Assembly: GCA_001724265.1 (NCBI GenBank)
Contig: MEDY01000660.1
Span: 1 to 64,000 of the forward strand
Length of the DNA stretch: 64,000 nucleotides
Source: Rhizaria sp. SCN 62-66
Lineage: Eukaryota
Direction of reading: 5' to 3'
Below the pieces are notes generated by a model. That model saw only the letters and a program-made list of their open reading frames with translations. It was not told the DNA's origin and searched no databases. Positions 1 to 12,900 of this stretch are shown here, piece after piece. Both the position numbers and the translations under genes were made by a program. Numbering within the stretch: the first letter of the stretch is position 1; every line of letters starts with the position of its first letter.

Positions 1-1116
1 GGCCTCGGCGGCGGCGGCGCGGGCCGCGGCCTCGGCGGCGAGCGCGGCGTCCTTGGCGGCCTGCGCGGCGGCGCAGCGGTCCCTGGCGGCGGCGAGCGCA
101 GCGGTCACTGCGCTGGACGCGGCGGCGTCGGCGGCCGTGGCCGTCAGCGCGGGCGCCGGTGCGCAGCCCGGGTGGCGGTTCAGCGTCGCGATCGCGTGCG
201 CCGCCGCCGCGCGCGCGCCCAGCCGCAGCAGCGCGCGCGCGGATGGCGCCGCCGCGTCGCCGTGCTGCGCCGCTGGGGGGGCGGGCGGGGGCGACGGGTG
301 CGCGCTGCACTCGTCCGACACGGCCAGCAGCAGCTGTGCGAAGGGGTTCTGTGGCGCCGCCGCGGCGGAAACAGCAGCTGCGGCCGAGCCGGGCTCCGCG
401 GCAGAGATCGAGACGGAGACTGAGACAGTAGCTGTTGCGGTAACCGTCGTGCCGGCGCCAGAGCCAGAGCAGGGCAGCGAAGGGTCCTGCAAGTGGCGCG
501 CGCCGGCAAGCGTGGCGGCGGCGTGCTGGTGCGTCGCGTACGCGGTCGCCGTGGCGGCGTGCGCGGCGACGAACGAGGCCGAGGGCGCGAGAGAGCCCGA
601 GCTCACGGCGCACCGGGCCGGCGGCGCGGCGCGGCGGCCGGTGCCGAAGACGGCGCTGTTCATTGCGGCTGCGGGCTGCGCGTCGAGTCCGCTGTGCTGC
701 ATGCTGGCGTCGGCGAAGCGCTGGCGATGTGCGCAGGCGGCGACGAAGTCGGTGACGTCGAAGACGAGGCTGGCGGCGAGGTGGGCCGGGAAGTCGCAGG
801 CGGGGATGTTGCGCAGGCGGCGGTACTCGGCGCAGCGCGCGACAAATAAACAATAATCATCAAAGTAAATGCGGCCCTGGAGTCGCGTGTCAAGTGCAAA
901 GAGCACGAATATGTCGGCAAAGTTGACTGTGAAGCCGAACTTCTCTGGCACGGCGAGGTGAATCATCTCGGGCAACGTGATCCAAATTGGTCGCAGGTGG
1001 CTCACTAACGTCTCCAGCTCGAACTCGGATCGTGGGTTGAGCCGCGCCGCGCGCATAAACGACTGCGACAACGCGAGGATCTGTTCGGTCTTGAAGTACT
1101 CGAGCAGGCCCCTCAT
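1..1116 (-). CDS. Hypothetical protein with an EF-hand-like motif, partial (3' end runs off the window)
   Basis: Not in the ORF track. Read by hand from ATG at 1116: MRGLLEYFKTEQILALSQSF...ADIFVLFALDTRLQGRIYFDDYCLFVARCAEYRR..., open to base 1. DTRLQGRIYFDD resembles an EF-hand loop; an Ala-rich region follows. Confidence 0.65.
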   Translation of the reverse strand, partial: MRGLLEYFKTEQILALSQSFMRAARLNPRSEFELETLVSHLRPIWITLPEMIHLAVPEKFGFTVNFADIFVLFALDTRLQGRIYFDDYCLFVARCAEYRRLRNIPACDFPAHLAASLVFDVTDFVAACAHRQRFADASMQHSGLDAQPAAAMNSAVFGTGRRAAPPARCAVSSGSLAPSASFVAAHAATATAYATHQHAAATLAGARHLQDPSLPCSGSGAGTTVTATATVSVSVSISAAEPGSAAAAVSAAAAPQNPFAQLLLAVSDECSAHPSPPPAPPAAQHGDAAAPSARALLRLGARAAAAHAIATLNRHPGCAPAPALTATAADAAASSAVTAALAAARDRCAAAQAAKDAALAAEAAARAAAAEA

Positions 1117-1500
1117 TGTGCGTGTGTCGGCTTACAGCAGTGCGCGAAAGGAGAGAGAAGGGGAACCCCAGTGTGTGGGGAAGAGGATGTGGGAATGTGC
1201 CTCTAGTAGAGGCAAAACCTAAATTTGGAAAGTTTAATTTAGTCAAAATATATTATAGTGATCACTAGTTTACATACTTCAAACGTGTTCTTGTTTGACG
1301 AAAACGCAAGTCAGTATAACTGCTGAAAGTTTGGTCTTCTAAGTTGAGGTTCCAGGCTGCTGTGAGAGGACGGTCACCTGCGGACTCTTGCAACCGCGAT
1401 TTGTACAAGCACTCATATGCCCCATTGACCGTCCCGTACAAAGCAACACACGTGCCCAGATACTAACATCTCTTTTCTATTCTGTATTTGTTTTATTTAG

Positions 1501-4500
1501 ATGTCTTCTTCAAACGACGAGGAGTGGTTGGACATCACAGACGAGATCAAGGCGGCCGCTGTCGGCATGTCCGTCGGCCAGCAAATCGTCAATAAGGTAC
1601 GTCTCAATCAATGCATATTGCTATATAGACGACACATGTGCAATACTACTTCGTCGCATTTGTGTCTCAATTGCTATCACTTATCCCACTATCCTCTACT
1701 CTATCCGTATCCCACCGTCATTATTGCACTTCACTTGCACGCCTGCACTCGCTTCTGCAATTCGCTCGTGCACGAACTGTTCCGCTAATCCCGCATCAAC
1801 CCGTCTTGTGTCCGCGTACGCATCGGCGCACAGGACTTCAACCCGCAGAAGTCGCTCGTGGCGCTGCAGCTGATGGGCGGCCAGATGGACCCCGAGGCCG
1901 CCGCTTCGGCCGCGCACAACGGGCCCGACGCAGTCTTCGCCGCCGCGCCGACGATTCTCGACGGCGCCCTCTCCCTCGACGAGACGCTCTCGCTCGTCGA
2001 CCACGCCGCGTCGCTTGAGGCCGCCGCGCTGGCCGGCGCGCCCACGGCCACTGCGCTCTTCTGCTGCCTCTACCTGCACCGCGCGCGCTTGCTTCCCGCC
2101 GAGAGCCCCCTCGGCGCCTTCCTCCGCGCGCTGCTCGTGTCGGTGCGCCTCGCCAACGCCGTGATCGAGGCCAGCGACGTGCACGACGAGAGCGAGTTCC
2201 TCGAGTTCCGCGGCGCGTTTGACTTCCTCGACGACCTCTCGCCGCGCGCCGCCGCCGAGGCCGCGCTCGCCGCCGCCGCCGCGCTCGACGCTCACGGCGA
2301 CAAGGCCGACAGCGACGCGCCGGCTGCAGCTGCCCTCGCGCAGCGGCTGCGCGTGCGCGCGGGGTACGTGCTGTTGCTGTGGTCCCTCTCGGCGGCGGCG
2401 AGCACGGGCCTGGTCTCGGCGCTGCCTGTCGTCGCCCCGCTCGCGCATAGCGTCGCCGCCGCCGCGACCGCCGCGCTGGCGGGCCCGCGGCCGCCCGCGC
2501 CGCACGGCTTCCGCTCCGCCCCGCTGCCGCCGCTGCAGGCCGGCCACGGGCCTTCGGTTGCCGTTGACGCCACGGCGATCCCGCGCGACCCCGCGGCCGC
2601 CGCCGCTGACGCCGCCGAGGCCGCCGCGGCGCCCGCGCCCGCCGCGGTGTACCCGGCCGCCGTGGCGGCTGCGCTGCCCACTGCTGTGGGCCCCAGCCCC
2701 GCGCGCGGCGTGTTCCCGCATCTGTGCCCCGCACTCACCGAGTACGGCCGCGCCTGCAAGCCCATCGCGTTTCCCTCCCCGCGCGCCGCGCTGCGGGGGC
2801 TGCGCGACGCCGCCGCCGACATCGCTGCGCTCGCCGACGCGCTGCTCGCCGCCGTCCCGCTGCCCGTGCCCGCGCCCGGCGCCGCGGCCGTTGCCGCGCT
2901 CGCGCTGCTGGGGCTGACTCCGCTGGCGCAGAGCGCCGCGCCGCCCGCGCCCGCGCGCCTGCAGCAGCTGTCGGTGGCCGAGCGCGTGCTCACGGCGCTG
3001 CGCTGCTTCCGCGCGCGCCGCCCCGCGCTCCTCGCGCGCGCCGCCGCCGTGCGCGCGATGCACTCCAAGTCGGCGTTCCTGGGCCTGGGCCGCTACGGCA
3101 CGGTGGTCGAGCAGCACGTCCGCTCGGTCTGCCCCTCGCTGACGGGCTGGGTCGAGACGCCGTCGCTGCGGTCGCAAGATGCCTCGCTGCCGCCCGCCGC
3201 CGCCGAGCTGGCCGCGCGCTTGCTGGCCGAGTTCAACGGCGACCCTGCCGCCGTGGGCGCGCGCGCGGCCGCCAACGCTGCCAACGCCAAGGCCGTGGCG
3301 GCCGCCGCGGGCAAGAAGGGCGGCAAAGGCGCCGCCTCCGCGCCCGCGCTCACGCTCGAGCTGCAGGGCGCGGACGCGATCCTGCGCGCGGCGAGCGAGA
3401 CGCCCGCGGGTGCGGCGCGTGCCGTGGTGGCGCGCTGCGAGCCGGTGCTGATGGGGCTGCTGCGCGCGTGCGCGGAGCAGGACGTGCGCGTGCAGCGCGC
3501 GGTGCTGCGGCCGCTGCTCGCGCTGGGGTCGACCCAGAACGACGCCGACGCCGTGGACGCGGCCATAGCGGCCGAGCTCGCCGCCGCGGGGCTCCGGCCT
3601 GTCGCGGCCCCCGCCGGGTCGCTCTCGCCGTGCCCCTACAAGCACGGGCTCTTCTCCTGGGCCGCTGAGCTTGCGACGCTGGCGCTGGCCGAGAACATGA
3701 CCACGATGCTCGCGCTGCGCCTAGTGCGCCCGCAGGAGCTGCTGGCCGTGTATTGGCAGCTCGAGCACCTGGGCCGGTTCGCCGCCACCAACGCGGCGCA
3801 CAAGGCGCGCGCGCCGCTGCAGCACAACATGGTCGGCGCTGGCCCCATGACCGCGCCGAACACGCTCGCGCCTCCGCCCGCGTTCAACGAAGACCCCGCC
3901 GCGTCCGGCGCGTCCGGCGCCTCTGCGGCTGCCGCAGAGGGCGGCGTGCTCGGTGCCATTGCCGCGGCCGCTGCTGCTGCAACTGCGGCGGCCGCTGCCC
4001 CTGCACCGACTGCTGCTTCTGCTGCTCCTGCGGCTGCTGCGCCAAAGAGCGCCGCGGGCGGCAAGAAGGGCAAGAAGAAGGCCAACGACGACGACGACGA
4101 CTTTGACTTTGACGACGCCCCCAGCGCAAGCAAGACTGCGGCCTCTGCTACTGCTGCTGGTAAGACCGCGGCTGGCGGCGAGCAGCTGTCTCTGGCCACG
4201 CTGGCGTGTTTGCCGCCGCTGGCCGCGACGGGCGGCCTCCGCGCGCGCCGCGCCGCATACTATACGGCGAAGCAGGCGGAGCAGCACGCGCGCGCGACGG
4301 TGCCCGCGGCGGCGGCGGGCGGCGCGACGGCCGAGGCGCTGCTGCTGCAGGTGCACGCCGCAGCGGCCTCGCTGACCAAGGGGCTGCTGCTGGCGGCGCT
4401 GCGCGTGGGCGTGGCCGTGCCGCAGCTGCCGCAGGCCGTCGAAGCGCTGCCCGCCACCTGCGTGGCGCTGCGCGAGCCGCCGCTGCGCAAGGACGACCTG

Positions 4501-4938
4501 TGGGAGGTGTGGTACTACTGCCGCTTCTCGTCGTTCCTCAAGGTCGTGTACCCGTCGCTGCCGCAGCTCTCGGCGCTGCGCGACGCCATCGCCGCCGCGC
4601 GCAAGCAGGAGCCCAAGACGCTGCTGGCGGCCGTCTCGGCGAGCGCCAAGACCGTCGCCGCAGCCGTGGCCGAGGTGCTGGCGGCGTTCCCGGCCGACGG
4701 GGCCGGGCTCTGGGCCGAGCCCGCGCGCGCGGCGCAGAGCGTTGCGGCCGTCGCCAAGGCAAACGCCGGCGGCGCACTGCTCGAGCTGCTCAAGCTCAGC
4801 AAGGACCCCGCGGCCGCGGCCGCCACGGCCGTCGAGTTCGACTTCAGCGCGGACCCCGTGTTCCCGCTTCTGCGGTTTGTGCCGGCGAAACCGGTTAAGG
4901 CCGCTGCGGCGGCGGCGGCGGCTGCCAAGCCCGAGTGA
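1501..4938 (+). CDS. NAA35: N-alpha-acetyltransferase 35, NatC auxiliary subunit (Mak10 family); exons 1501-1596 and 1834-4938, about 1066 aa
   Basis: The spliced N-terminus EEWLDITDEIKAAAVGMSVGQQIVNK|DFNPQKSLVALQLMGGQMDP resembles the Mak10 N-terminal signature (W-DIT...F-L-EAMSA-E-MD-KMD). Also has ALFCCLYLH, ASDVHDESEF, ELLAVYWQL and RFSSF motifs. Stop is TGA. Confidence 0.85.
1597..1833 (+). other. Spliceosomal intron of NAA35 (phase 0)
   Basis: AAG|GTACGT donor, GCTAAT branch-like site near 1784, CACAG acceptor. Removal restores the frame. Confidence 0.85.
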
Positions 4939-5305
4939 GCGAAGAAACAAAAAGCTGTTACGTTGCACTGACAACTGGTTAACTTTATTGGGTATTGATC
5001 GGGCCTGTAATAACACAGGACACTACTTTTATTAAATGAAAACGATATGTAGACGCACAAATAAAAAGACGTTCGTTGTACATCAATTCATGTTATGTTC
5101 TCTTGCGATCAACTCCATGAGGCGTATAAAAAGCGCTATGTAATGTTGTTTTTTTTTGTGCACTGAACAGGGATATACTCATTGGCCAGTCGCAATAAAT
5201 TAAGGTGTGTGCCTCGCAAAAATCCTCGGATGAATGACTGGGCAACAGTGTCTCGGAAGACTTCGACATCGCATCCTCAAACGAAGTGTGAGGTATCCTC
5301 ATAGC

Positions 5306-6423
5306 TCACATGCCCTCGAGTTCGATGCCGGCGGCGCGCAGCTGGCGCATGGCGGCCCAGTGTCCCTGCGTGATCCACGAGGCGAGCGCGGCCTCGCGCT
5401 CCTCCTGCGCCAGCGCGCACGGATACAGCACGGGCGCGGGCAACGGCGCGTCGGTCACCACCACGGGCCCCGTCTCCGGCGGCGCGGGCGCGACGGGGCT
5501 GGGCTGCCGCCAGACGGGGTACACGCGGCGCCCGTCGGAGATGCTGACCAGCGGCAGCCGCGCAGCGTCGCCCTCTGGCGGCGGCGCCAGCGGCTCGTGG
5601 GGCGTCGCGGCGGTGAGGCGTGCAAGCACAGTGGCGGCGGCGACCGAGACGTTGAGAGACTGCGCAAAGCCGCGCATGGGCAGCGTGACGTGCACGTCGG
5701 CCATCGCGGCCGCGGTGCGCGACACGCCGTTGTGCTCGTTGCCGCAGAGCAGCGCGATGCGCCGGTTACTCAGGTCCACGCAACGCAGGTCGACGGCCTT
5801 GGGCGAGAGCGTGGTGGCCACGATAGTGAAGCCGGCGGCCTTAAGCTCAGCGGCGCAGCTCGCGGCGTCGGGGTGCCGGTGCACGGTAAGCCAACGCGCG
5901 TACTCGTAGCTGCTGGGCTGGAAGGGTGACAGCGACTCGATCTGGTGGAAGTGCTGCAGGCCCAGGGACTCGGCGGTGCGCAGCACGGCGTCGATGTTGC
6001 CCGGGTCCGCAACGTTCTCGAACACAACGCGGATGTTGTCGCGGCGGTACTTAAGCACGTCCAAGTACCGCAGCATGCGCTCGGGGCGCGTGTACGGGAT
6101 CAGCGTCTGTCGTTGGAGGCGCATGGGCGATAAATGGGGGGCAGAGCACAGTGAGTCAAGTGAAGGGGGAAGAACACGCAAAAATGAGTGCGGAGGCGTG
6201 GGGGCTGCATAGACGCAGAAAACAACAACGGGTTACGGTGTAACAGCAACAAATTGGTATGCATATACTGTGCTTATCGTCACGTAAAAGAGGTTGCAGG
6301 CGCTATGCCATGCTCAAAGTTGCTTGGAGCGGGTAACTCCAACTTGCAAAAGCCGAGAAGTGAAGAGGTAAGACGTACGTCGATAACGCGGCTGCGGAGA
6401 TGCTTAGGAATTTTGATGAGCAT
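5306..6423 (-). CDS. SpoU/TrmH-family (SPOUT) tRNA/rRNA 2'-O-methyltransferase; exons 6423-6379 and 6106-5306, about 281 aa
   Basis: SPOUT motifs ENVADPGNIDAVLRTAESLG, GNEHNGVS and LPMRGFAQSLNVSVAAA, plus a TrmH-like C-terminal LAQEEREAALASW. Inferred exon 1 MLIKIPKHLRSRVID ends at a GTACGT donor in phase with the GACAG acceptor. Stop is TGA. Confidence 0.85.
6107..6378 (-). other. Intron of the TrmH-like gene (phase 0)
   Basis: GAC|GTACGT ... pyrimidine-rich ... GACAG|ACG on the minus strand; frame-compatible. Confidence 0.7.
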
Positions 6424-6946
6424 TGTGTACGCGTTTGGCGCGAACGCTCAGAAATTAAGCGCCTTAACGGCCCCTATCATGCAGTGGAACATGTTTTCTG
6501 AACGCCTCAACTCCCTCTTCAGGCTGCCTCGATTTTTTTGTGGTGTGACTGCGGGCCTCCCGAAGTAGATGGATATTGCATGTTCAAATCGCTCCTGAGA
6601 GAAAATCATTGCTTCTTGTGGCACAAAGTACTGTTTTCAGCACTATTTTGTTTTTACGTCGCCTTTGTCATTTTTTACGGGGAGCTATGCGCGAAGGCAC
6701 TGCATGACCTGTCTGTTGCAAGCCTGCTCTGAACTTGGACACGGAATGCGTTGTATATGGCTCGAAGCTGAGTGCCTCGTCTGTCTCACACTTTGATTGA
6801 ACTCGGCACTCTTTTTTATAGCTTTTCAGGACACCCTTTTTTTCTACATCCTTACCACACGTGCGCACAGCGCCCCGCTCCCCAGTCTCAGATATTGCTC
6901 CCCTGCAGTCGAACCTGTGTCGGCTCTCCCGTGACCCGCCTGCTCG

Positions 6947-9900
6947 ATGGCGACGCTGTTCCAGAATGAGGATGCGTCGGCAGCTGTCGTAAAACAGGGC
7001 TGGTTGATCAAGCAGGGTGGCTCGCGTGGCTTCGGCTGGAAGACTTGGAAGCGCCGCTGGTTCGTCCTCACTCTCCAGGGCCTGAGCTACTACGAAAGCG
7101 AAGAGACCTACCGCGCCGGCCACCGCGAGCTTGGTTATCTACACGCCGACGCGACGTTTCACGCTTCGGCGACGCACCCCTCGCTTCCGCCTGACACGGC
7201 CGACGAGGTCCACCTCGTCTTCATCTGCTCCAATCGCACCTTGCTCGTGCGCGCCCGCTCCGACGCCCGCCGCGCGGACTGGCTCGCTGCCGTCGCTGCG
7301 CGCGCCGCCGACCTCCGCAAGCGCGCGCTCCGCCTCTCGGAGCCGTCCTACAACACCATCGACGCCGAGTCCGTTGCCGCAGCCGCTGCCGTGCTCGCCG
7401 CGGCCGCCGCAGCCGCCGGCCCCGCCACTCCGTCTCTCGCGCCCCACGCGAGCGCACACGCCAACTCGGCGCTAATGGGCTCGCCCTCGCGCCTGCGCCT
7501 GGGGTCGATGTTCGCGCCCCCGCAGCGCGGCTACCAACCCTCGCCGTCCTTCACCGCCGCGCCCGCGCCCGTGCACGGTCCCGTGGTCGCGTCCTCGGCG
7601 GCGGCCTACTACGCGCACCTGCTCCCTCAGCAGCAGCTCACGCACTCGCAGTCACTCGTACAGAGCCACCAGCAGCTCGCGCAGACGCAGTCGCAGTGGG
7701 CGCTCGGCCGCAACGCCGCGCCGTCCTTCACGCCGTTGATGCTGGCGCCGCTCAACGCGGTCGCGCCCGGTGCGCCAGTGGCCGTCACCGCTTCAGCCTC
7801 GTCGTCGACGCCGCTGTTTGGCCCCGGGCTGCCCCCCGTCGCTCCCGGCACCGCGCCCGGACGCCTCAGCGCCTCGGCCGCGCGCCCACCCGCCGGCTCG
7901 ATTAGTGCCGCGCTTGTGGGCTCTGGCGCTGCCGCTGGGGGCGCTCTGCAGCTGCCCCCGCAGCACCCGCACCAACAGCAACAGCATGTGCGCGCGCGCA
8001 ATGCGAGCACCATGTGCATTACATCGCCAGTGCCACCGCCCCCGCCCGGGCCTGTGTCTGCGGCAGCGCAGCAGGGCGCGGCTGCGTCCGCTTCACGCGC
8101 GCCGCAGCCGCCGCCGCGGCCGGCGTACGCGCTCGCCCAGATGCAGCAGCACCAGCACATGCAGACGCAGACGCAGACGCAGACGGTGCCCTCGCTGGTG
8201 ACGATGGGCCGGCCGGGCTCCCGCTCGCACTCGCGCGCCGACCCGCCCATCTCGCTGACGGCGGCCGCGGCCGCCGCTGCCGCAGCTGCCGCCGCCGAGG
8301 CCGCTATGGCCGCCGCTGCGGCCGCGACGGAAGCCGGCCTCGACTTCGACAGCGTGAGCGATGATAGCGATAGCGCTGACGAAGGCGACGGTGGCGACTG
8401 CGACGACGCCTGCGATGCTGACGGCGACGGCGACATTGATGACGGTGAGATGTCTGACGACGGCGCCGCGGCTCATGCCAACGCCGACGCTGCTAACGCC
8501 GGGCTCAGTGCTGCGCCTGCGCCATCGGCGACGCTGACGGGCACGCGCGTCACTTCAGGGCAGCGTGTCGGCGGCTGCCACAGCGGGCTTGCAGTGAGCA
8601 GCACAAGAGACGACGACGGCAGCGAGTGCGCCAACGCGGCGACCGCGGGCGACTAGTCCGTCTCCGGCGCGGGCTTTGGCGTAAGTCGCGAACCCAGCGT
8701 CTGCGACACTGCGGCCGTGGCCTCGCCCGGCGCCGACGCGAGCGAAGGGGACGCGCACTCGCCCTCTCTTGCCGCTGCGACTGCATCGTCTTCCTTCGGC
8801 TCCGCAGCTGCTGCTGCTGCAAATGCGCCGGCCACTGCAGCGAACGCGGCACGGCCGCGCACGCACTCGCAGCAGGCGCAGGCGCCGACGGCCGCGCAGA
8901 CGCACGCGCAGGCTCGCGCGCAGGCCCGCTGCAGCGTCGTGGCACTCTCGCCCGCCTCCGTCGGTGGCGCGGCAGCCGCAGCAGCCGCCGCAGCCGCGAC
9001 CGCCGCAATGAGCGCCGCAGTGAGCGCGGACCAGAGCGGGCACGGCTACTACGCGAGCGGCGTGGCGGGCTCGCGGCTGAGCGCGACGTCGAGCCTGGCG
9101 CCCAGCTGGAGCACCGCCGCGGGGCTGCCGACGCTGGCGCCAGCGACCACGGCGCCGCCGCCGACGCTGCCGCACGCGGGGGGCTCGCCCGCGCCGTCGC
9201 ACGCGCACTCGAACACGCACTCGTTCGCGCCTACGCTCGCCGACACCGTCGCGGACACTGTGGCGACCGAGACTGCCGCAGACGCCGCCGTGGCCGCTGG
9301 CGCTGACGCAGACACGCTGTCGGCGCTGCCGTCTGCGGCGGCGCTGCCGTCCGCGGTGACGCTGCGGCCCTCGTCGCGCCAGTCCGTGCTGCACGCGCCG
9401 CACCCGCACCAGCACCCCGCGCTCGCGCCGCGCCAGTCGGTCACGCGCCGCTCCGTGCTGCGCTCCGCGTCGCGCGCCTCGGTCACCGCCACGCCCGGCC
9501 TCAGCGGCACCGGCTCCGGCGCCGCCTCCAAGCGCGGCTCAATCTCGTCCCGCCTGTCCGTGGTGGGCGCCGCGCCGTCGCCGTCGCCGCTGCAGACGCG
9601 GTCGTCGCGCGCGTCGGTCGCGCTGGCGGCCCCGCGGCTTGCATCGCTGTCACTGTGCTACGCGGGCGCCGAGGCCGTGCGTGAGCTGCTCGACGACGAG
9701 GCCGCCGCGCGCGCGCTCGCTCTGCGCGCCATGGAGGCCGTCGCGGAGCCCGCTGCCGCCGACGATAGCTCTGCCGCTGATGTTCCTGTCGCGGATGCAA
9801 ACGCAAACTCTGCTCGCGACAGCGCGACAGAGCGGCAGCAACAGAAGGTGTTCACGCGCACTCGCGGCAGCAGCGCTGATGCTACAGTGCAGCCCCTCAA

Positions 9901-12900
9901 CGTTGCCGCCTCCGACGCCGCCGCTGCCACTGCGACGACGTCGCCGACGTCTGCGACTGCCGCCTCGTTCGCGAGTGCGCTCGCGACTGTGAACGCGCAG
10001 CCCCCGCGCGTGGGCCCGCCCCCGGTGCCGGCGCGCCCTGGCATCTTGCCGCCGCCTCCGCCGCAGCCCCCAGCGCCCCTGTCTCAGCCGCAGTCGATCA
10101 ACCAGCCGCTGCCCGCGCCGCCGCTGACGACTGTGTTTTCGTCCCCCAGCGGCGCTGGCCCGGCTGCGCTCTCCGTGAACCCCGCGAACCCGCCGCCGCC
10201 GCTGCTGCCGGTGCCGTCAATGGGTCAGTGCCCCACCGCCTCGGTCACCGCCTCGGTCACCGGCGCTGGCGCTGGCACTGGCACTGGTACGGGCACTGGA
10301 GGCACACCAGTGGGCACGCCCAGCGGCTCTGTGGCCGCCGCGGCTGCCTTCTTTGGCCCCGCGAAGCAGCGCAGCGCCGCGGCTGTGGCCTCATTCTTCA
10401 CGCCCGCGTCGACCTCTGCGACGCCCGCGGCCTCCGCTGCAGGCAGCGCGTCCGCGACGACGCCGCCGGCCTCCGCTATGACTCCGCCCTCGACTGCGAC
10501 TGCCGCGGCCGCGATGGCTAGCCCCGGGACGCCGGCGATACCATCCAACCGCGCGGCCGGGTATTCGCCGGCGCTCTTTTTCACCCGCGCTGTCTCTGGG
10601 GCATTTGCGCCCGTCGCGCCGCTCAACTCGACCGCCGCTGGCGCTAGCGCTGGCACGGCCGCTGGCGCAGCGCAAGGCGCTGCGGCCTCGCCGGGCGCTG
10701 TCAACGGTACCGGCGCTGGCGCGGCTGCCGGTGGGAGCCCCGGCACTCAGTCGCGCCGTGCAGCGCGCGGCGGCGGCGGCGCGTTTGCACCTGTGCTGTC
10801 GCCAGCGACTACTGTGAGCACTGCGCCTCAGCACCAGGTCTCGTTACTCGACGCCGCCGCGGCCCACGACGACGCCGCCGCGACCGCCGCCGCCGCTGCC
10901 GCGGGTGACACGGCTGCGCGGGGCGCCGACGCGAGCCCTGGTGCGACGGCCGCTGTTTCCCCTGCTGCCGGCGCGGGCGGCACCTCAGCTGCTGCCGGCG
11001 ACGACTGCGCGAGCCCGTGGGACGACGCCGCGATGGGCCTACCCGCGCTGCCTGCGGACCAGGGCCGGTTCCACGCCACGTCGCTGCACGAGTCGTACGT
11101 GTACCACTGCGCTGGGCAGCCCGGCGACGAGGACGGGCTCGGCGCCGCGCCGCGCTTCGCCAAGACGCGCGTGCGCTACGCAGTGCTCTTCGCCAACACG
11201 CTCGAGCTCTACGACGGGCACTACAGCCGCAAGCCTGAGCTGTCGCTGCCACTCTCCCTCGCGGCCAGCGCCGCACCCGCCGCGGCCTGCGTGTGGCCCA
11301 GCGCCGCCGCGGGCGCCGCCGCGCCGCGCTGCCCGACTCTGACGTCGGCCGCGGCGCGCACGGCGCACCGCTCGCTGTTCCTCTGCGTGTCCCCGCCGCG
11401 CCCGGACGCTAACTCGGCCGCCGACGCGCCGTTGCCGCCGCTGATGATGCTGACTGCCAACGCGGCGGCGCGCGACGCTTGGTTCGTGGCGCTGCGCTCC
11501 ACGCGCCTCGTGCACGTCACGCTGCCGCCCGCGCCCGTGCCCTCGACCGCCGCGGCCTCGGCGCTCGCGGCCGCCGCAGTCGCCATGGGCGGCGGCCGCG
11601 GCGGCGCGTCGTTCACCACGGCTTACTCGGAGACGGACAACTCGCCGCTGGTCACGCCCTCGCTCGGCCCCGGCGGCGCGCGCAGCGGCAGTGGCAGTTT
11701 CGTCGGCGGCGGCGCGGGGGGCAGCACTCACTCGCCCGCGGGCGCTGGCGCGCCGCTCTCGGTGGCGAGCTCGCAGACCTCGGTGCCCTCGATGCCGCCG
11801 CTCATCGGCCTCGCGCGCTCCCCGCTCTGGGCGCCGCCCGGCTCGCCCTTTGTCGCCGCCGCTGCAACGGGCTCGGCCACGGCGCTCGCTGCGCCCGCCG
11901 CGGCCGTGAGCGGTGCTGGCTACCCCATGACGCCCGGCACCGTGCATCTGGCCAACTCGGCCGTCGCCACGGCGGCGGGGCGGACCCCCGTGGTCATGCC
12001 CAGCCTCGGCGCCGTGCCGCCCTCCCCAGGGAGCTGGCTCTCGCCCGCCCAGCAGCAGCAGCAGGCGCTGTCCGCCGCGCCGGCGCCCGAGGCGCCGTGT
12101 CTACTGCCGTTCCTCCGCACGCGCGCGGTGCGCGTGGCGCTCGTGACGCTCGCGCAGCGCGCGGCCGACGCGGACGCCGAGGCCGTCGCTGCGGCCAACG
12201 CCGCCGTTGCCGCCTCAAATGCCGCTGCGACCGAGGCCGCTGTCGACGCCGCCGCTGCGGCGGAGGCGGCGGGCACTGCTCCCGCCGCGGTACCGGTGTC
12301 GCCGGTGCTGATGCCAGAGGTCGTGTCGGCGCTGCCCGCGCAGTTCGTGCACAAGGCGCACATGCTGGCGCTGCTCTCGGTAGCGATGCCGCCCGTGCTG
12401 CTGCGCGCGCCCACGGCGGCCAGCGCGGCGGCCGTAGGCGCGGCGTCCACGGCGGCGCTGCCGTCGCTACTAGTCGGGCTGGCGGCCCACGAGGCGCACC
12501 TGCGGCCGCACGCGCCGCTGCCCGTCGCGCTGCCCGCGGCCGTTGCGCGCCCGCTCGCCGCCGTCGTCACCGCGCAGCGCGCCGCGCTGGCCGCCCGCGC
12601 CGCGACGCCGCTGGCGACCGTGGCCGCGCAGCCCGCGCTGCCCGTGGCGCTGGCGCCGCTCTCGTTGCTGCCCGCGGCGCGCGCGCTGTCGGTGGAGCTG
12701 GCGCCGCTGCTGCTGCAGCCGCTGGCGCGCCTGCTGGTCGACCCCGCGCGCGCGGCCGAAATCGATGACATGGTGGCCGCGGCTGACGCCGCCGCGCCCA
12801 CCTTCGCCTCCGTCGGCGGCGCTGGCCTCGGGCTCGCGCTGGGCATGGGGCCCGGCCGGCAGGGGCCCGACTCGGCGGTGTCGTTGCCGCTGCTGCTGTT

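Noticed and set aside
53-856. Plus-strand 267-aa ORF at the window start
   Set aside because: Shadow of the minus-strand gene starting at 1116, which has a proper ATG and protein-like sequence.
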